Shown: positions 60,184-64,000 of the stretch, piece after piece
How positions within the stretch are numbered: the stretch's first letter is position 1
Layout of the letters: the number at the start of each line of letters is the position of its first letter
DNA from: Octopus bimaculoides
Lineage: Eukaryota
Assembly: GCF_001194135.2 (NCBI RefSeq)
Contig: NC_068998.1
Location: 12,747,440-12,811,439 of the forward strand
Reading direction: 5' to 3'
Length of the DNA: 64,000 bases
Program-made: the position numbers and the translations under genes
Notes under the pieces: generated by a model
What the model was told of the DNA's origin: nothing
The model's input: only the letters and a program-made list of their open reading frames with translations
Database searches by the model: none

Positions 60184-62344
60184 GTGTGTGATGAAAGATT
60201 TTCAGACAATTGATATAAGATAAATTAAGGAAGAATAATAAATGAGTGAAGAACAAATATATGTAGTGCATATGTTTATTTGGCATGCAATAAAAAAAAA
60301 AACCCATCTTAAAATATAACACTTACTAAAAATTCCTTTTCACTAAATATAATAGAATTAAACACTTAACGAATTATATATAATATGATATCGGTTTCTG
60401 AGCAGTGTCGAATTGTTTGCAGTCACAAAGGTTTTTCCTCCTTGTTTCATTTTTGCTGCAATTTTACATTGTCTTTCTTTATTTACATCCTTAGTGTTGA
60501 GTTTAATGACTCATAGGGAAAACCCTGAATCATCATATGTGTTTATTGAAGTCGGAGAGTAATTTACAAAGCAGAATTCTTCCATGCCACATATTTTACA
60601 ATCAATGCCATTGATAAAAGAGCAATTTTCCAAACACACACACACACACGCACATATGTATATATATATATATATACATACACACACACACACACATATA
60701 CATATACATATACACACGCACATACACACACACAAGTGTGTGTTATCCCACTTGCAAACTTAAAAAGTCAGTTCTCTGGAAAGATTGTATCTGATATATT
60801 TCACAAATGTTTTGCACCAAATTTCTGTATGACATCCTGTTTAGTAGATTTTTTCAATAAAATCTTTCAAAAGTGTCAGGAAATAACAAAACAATATAGT
60901 TTTTTTATACTTCCAATAATAACACAGGAAAAAAAAAAAAAAATTGGGTCAATGGAAAATCAGTTGTTTCAATGCAAGTGTACCCCATTGTATGCACGTA
61001 AGATCAAGTGTGTAATGTGTATCCAGCACTGAATGCTCTCTTGCATAGTGAAAATTTTAACCACCGTTGTTTCAGTCTTTGGAAGATGAAATAATAATGA
61101 CAAATGTAAACGAAATATATGCATATATTTTGATATATTTTGTTTATAAACATGGTCATCTTGTATATAAACACAATATTTTATACACATGATCATTGTT
61201 TGAATTGAAAATATTGTCAGAATGTGAAATAGCACATACATTTGTTTATGTCTTGTCCTGCCTCCTTTCATTTTCCTTTATTCTCCCCCATTGTCTTTTT
61301 CTCTGATTTTCCCACCCCCACTCCTTTTTGTGTTACCTGCTTGATTTGCTCTCTGTGAAATAAAGGAGAGGGAGTAGATATGGAAAGAAAAGAGTGTGAC
61401 AGACTGTCTTTTAGATTAAAAAAAAAAGGCAGTGACAAATATGCATGATAAAACAAATCAATTCAGATATTGATAATGTTCCCTGTGATTCATTGAAGGA
61501 ATAGGGGTGAGACTCTTTCTATTTCATACATAATATATGTATATAGGTCTGTATCTCTGTATGGTTGTGCGTTGTTGGTAATATATTGATAAATGATAAA
61601 AATCTACGTGTGTTTGTGTGTGAAGATATCTATTGACACGTATATAAGAAGTAGAGATATAGCTGTTTTTAGTCTAGCTCTTCTTTGAGTTTCATAAGCC
61701 CAGCACTGATTATCAGTTTGGTTGACATTACTGAATGATAAATTCAAATGACATAATAAAAATTGTGCGTACATCAGTGACATAGTGGATAGCAACATTG
61801 TACTTGATGAATGTTCCTTATTCAAGTCTAGTCTGAAACCATGACTGGAACCAGAAATAAAACACTTGATGATTGTTTATATAAGGATAATCCTGCACCC
61901 TACGTTTCTCATTGCTGCTGGAGATTATTAAGGCCCCCAAGTCTGTGAAACATTACAGTTTTAGAGCCATTGTCTCAGAGTTATGATATTGCTGTTTCTT
62001 ATAAATGCCATGAACTGCTGTACATGGCAATGTCATCAAGATTTCATTAAAACTGAAGTATTTTCCTTATGTGAACACGTTTCTTTTCATATACTCTGTT
62101 CACATATCTTTGTTCATATATCTTATCATATCATATCATATCCTTCCTTCCTTCCTTCCTTCCTTTTGTTTTATAAGATAAGAAGGAAAACCTGTATGTA
62201 ATCATCTGATCTGCAAGAAATAACAACCAAATCTTCATAAAATCATACCTCTGATATTTATACCTGAAGAAGGAAGAAAGCATTCAATATTGTAGCCTTT
62301 GATACATTGTCTGATAACGAAAAAAAGAAAGAGGATTGTCATAG

Positions 62345-62718
62345 GTTCAGGTGAGGCTGTGTGGTAAGAAGTTTGTTTCTCAACCACATGGTTTTGGGTT
62401 CAGTCCCACCATGTGGCACCTTGAGCAAGTACCTTCTATTATACCCCTAGGCCAACCAAAGCCTTGTGATTGGATTTGGTAGATGGAAACTGAAAGAAGC
62501 TCATCATATATGTGTGTGTTTGTCCACTACCGCCGCCACTTGACAGCTAGTGTTGGTTTGTTTACATCCCTGTAACTTAGTGGTTTGACAAAAGAGACAA
62601 GTAGAATGAGTACTAGGCTTAAAAAAAAATTAAGTACTGGAACCAATTTCTTTGACTAAATCCTTCAAGGTGGTGCCCCAGCATGGCTGCACTCTAATGT
62701 CTGAAACAAGTAAAAAGA
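62345..62718 (+). mobile_element. Family C SINE
   Basis: ggctgtgtggtaagaag...gggttcagtccc...caccttgagcaagt...ctgaaacaagtaaaaaga. Confidence 0.85.
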
Positions 62719-63446
62719 ACAAATGAATTAGCTGAAATGTGGTCTGCCATCACAGATCTGCCTAACTCTGCCTAATCAATAACAACAATGATAGCAACAA
62801 TCTTTTGCCCCTAGGTATGTCATCTCTATCTATCTAAATCCATTTCATGCACCCAAATTATTTTTCAAACCCTTAATAAACATTTTAATGCTAGATGAAT
62901 TTAGCCATTGAGAGTTAAGTTAAGGATATAGAGCTTGAGCAACATACACTAATCTGGAACTGACTCAAAATGCCAATCTCTCAGTTTTTTTCATCTCATC
63001 CCAGCATCCACACTTTAAGCCCTCAGCTTGAAGAAAGCTTAAAATTAATGTTGAGTTCAAAGATTTCCTCTTTCAATTATTGAATATAAAATGATTTTCA
63101 TATTTCAAATCTTACCAAGGTCAACTTTGCCTTTATTCCTTCTGTGGTTGATAAATATTTTGCTGTGTCATGGCAGAAAACATTCCACAATGTGTTTTTT
63201 TTTACTTTGTTTAAAGAAGGCAGAGTTTGATTTGAGGGAGATTTGGTTGCTGTGTCTATTGGTTTGAGTGGCCATGTATCAGCTACTTAATTGGTTCCTA
63301 TTCAATAGCTGTAATGAATGACATGAGCATTTAAACCCAAAATGTTGTATAGAATGACATATAGTTATCTCAGCACAGTGTATGGTATTTTCACAAATAA
63401 ATCTTACTTCTGACATTTATTCCAAGGACTCTGTGCATATATATAC

Positions 63447-63496
<50 letters not shown>

Positions 63497-63500
<4 letters not shown>

Positions 63501-63828
63501 TCATCATCATCATCATCGTTTAACGTCCGCTTTCCATGCTAGCATGGGTTGGACGATTTGACTGAGGACTGGTGAAACCGGATGGCAACACAAGGCTCCA
63601 GTCCGATTTGGCAGAGTTTCTACAGCTGGATGCCCTTCCTAACGCCAACCACTCAGAGAGTGTAGTGGGTGCTTTTACGTGTCACCCGCACGAAAACGGC
63701 CACGCTCGAAATGGTGTCTTTTATGTGCCACCCGCACAAGCCAGTCCAGGGGCACTGGCAACGATCTCGCTCGAAAATCCTACAGGAGCCAGTCAGGCGG
63801 TACTGGCAACGGCCACGCTCAAAATGGT
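63497..63828 (-). mobile_element. Family A, young and longer copy inserted in (AT)n
   Basis: (cat)n cgtttaacgtccgctttccatgctagcatgg..., with repeated ggccacgctc(g/a)aaatgg modules and (AT)n on both sides. Confidence 0.9.
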
Positions 63829-64000
63829 TATATATATATATATATATATATAGTCTGTTTTTTAAATGTCTTAGTTTCCTTGCTCTCTTTTTATATTTAG
63901 CAAATGTGAATTGGATGGGATTTAGTTAAATAACTAACAGAAGGTTTTAATTTAAAAACGAATACTTTAAACCAATAGCTTTGTAATGATAAAACCGTGG

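Noticed and set aside
51-63929. ORFs in the supplied six-frame track as genes
   Set aside because: They are translations of microsatellites (HT/CV/YI/N/I/M/H runs), N-gaps, low-complexity tracts or SINE sequence. The recurring peptides (MKPDGNTRLQ..., PTHASME..., MFLLNKHSQR...) simply mark repeat copies.

Overview
AT-rich, repeat-dominated eukaryotic DNA from a gapped draft assembly (about 18 N-gaps, most abutting microsatellites). The SINE families resemble those I know from octopus (coleoid cephalopod) genomes; this assignment is inference from memory, not a database result. No recognisable protein-coding gene is present: the supplied ORFs are microsatellite, N-gap or repeat artefacts, and only a few isolated low-confidence exon candidates remain. 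The window holds one tRNA-Lys(UUU) gene or pseudogene, several tRNA-headed SINE families (labelled B, C, D, E and G here), headless RTE-type 3' tails (family A), an old unclassified repeat (family F), two decayed RTE LINE remnants, and MITEs of the Tc1/mariner, pogo-like, hAT, piggyBac, long-arm foldback and Helentron (HINE) types, several of them nested. The most unusual structure is at 53.1-53.66 kb. It is a head-to-head palindrome of a tRNA-headed SINE whose tail carries a minimal type-I hammerhead ribozyme motif of the kind known from Penelope-like elements. Other notable points are modular tail sharing between SINE families and the RTE LINE, a tRNA directly upstream of an RTE tail, and a HINE with internal cargo.
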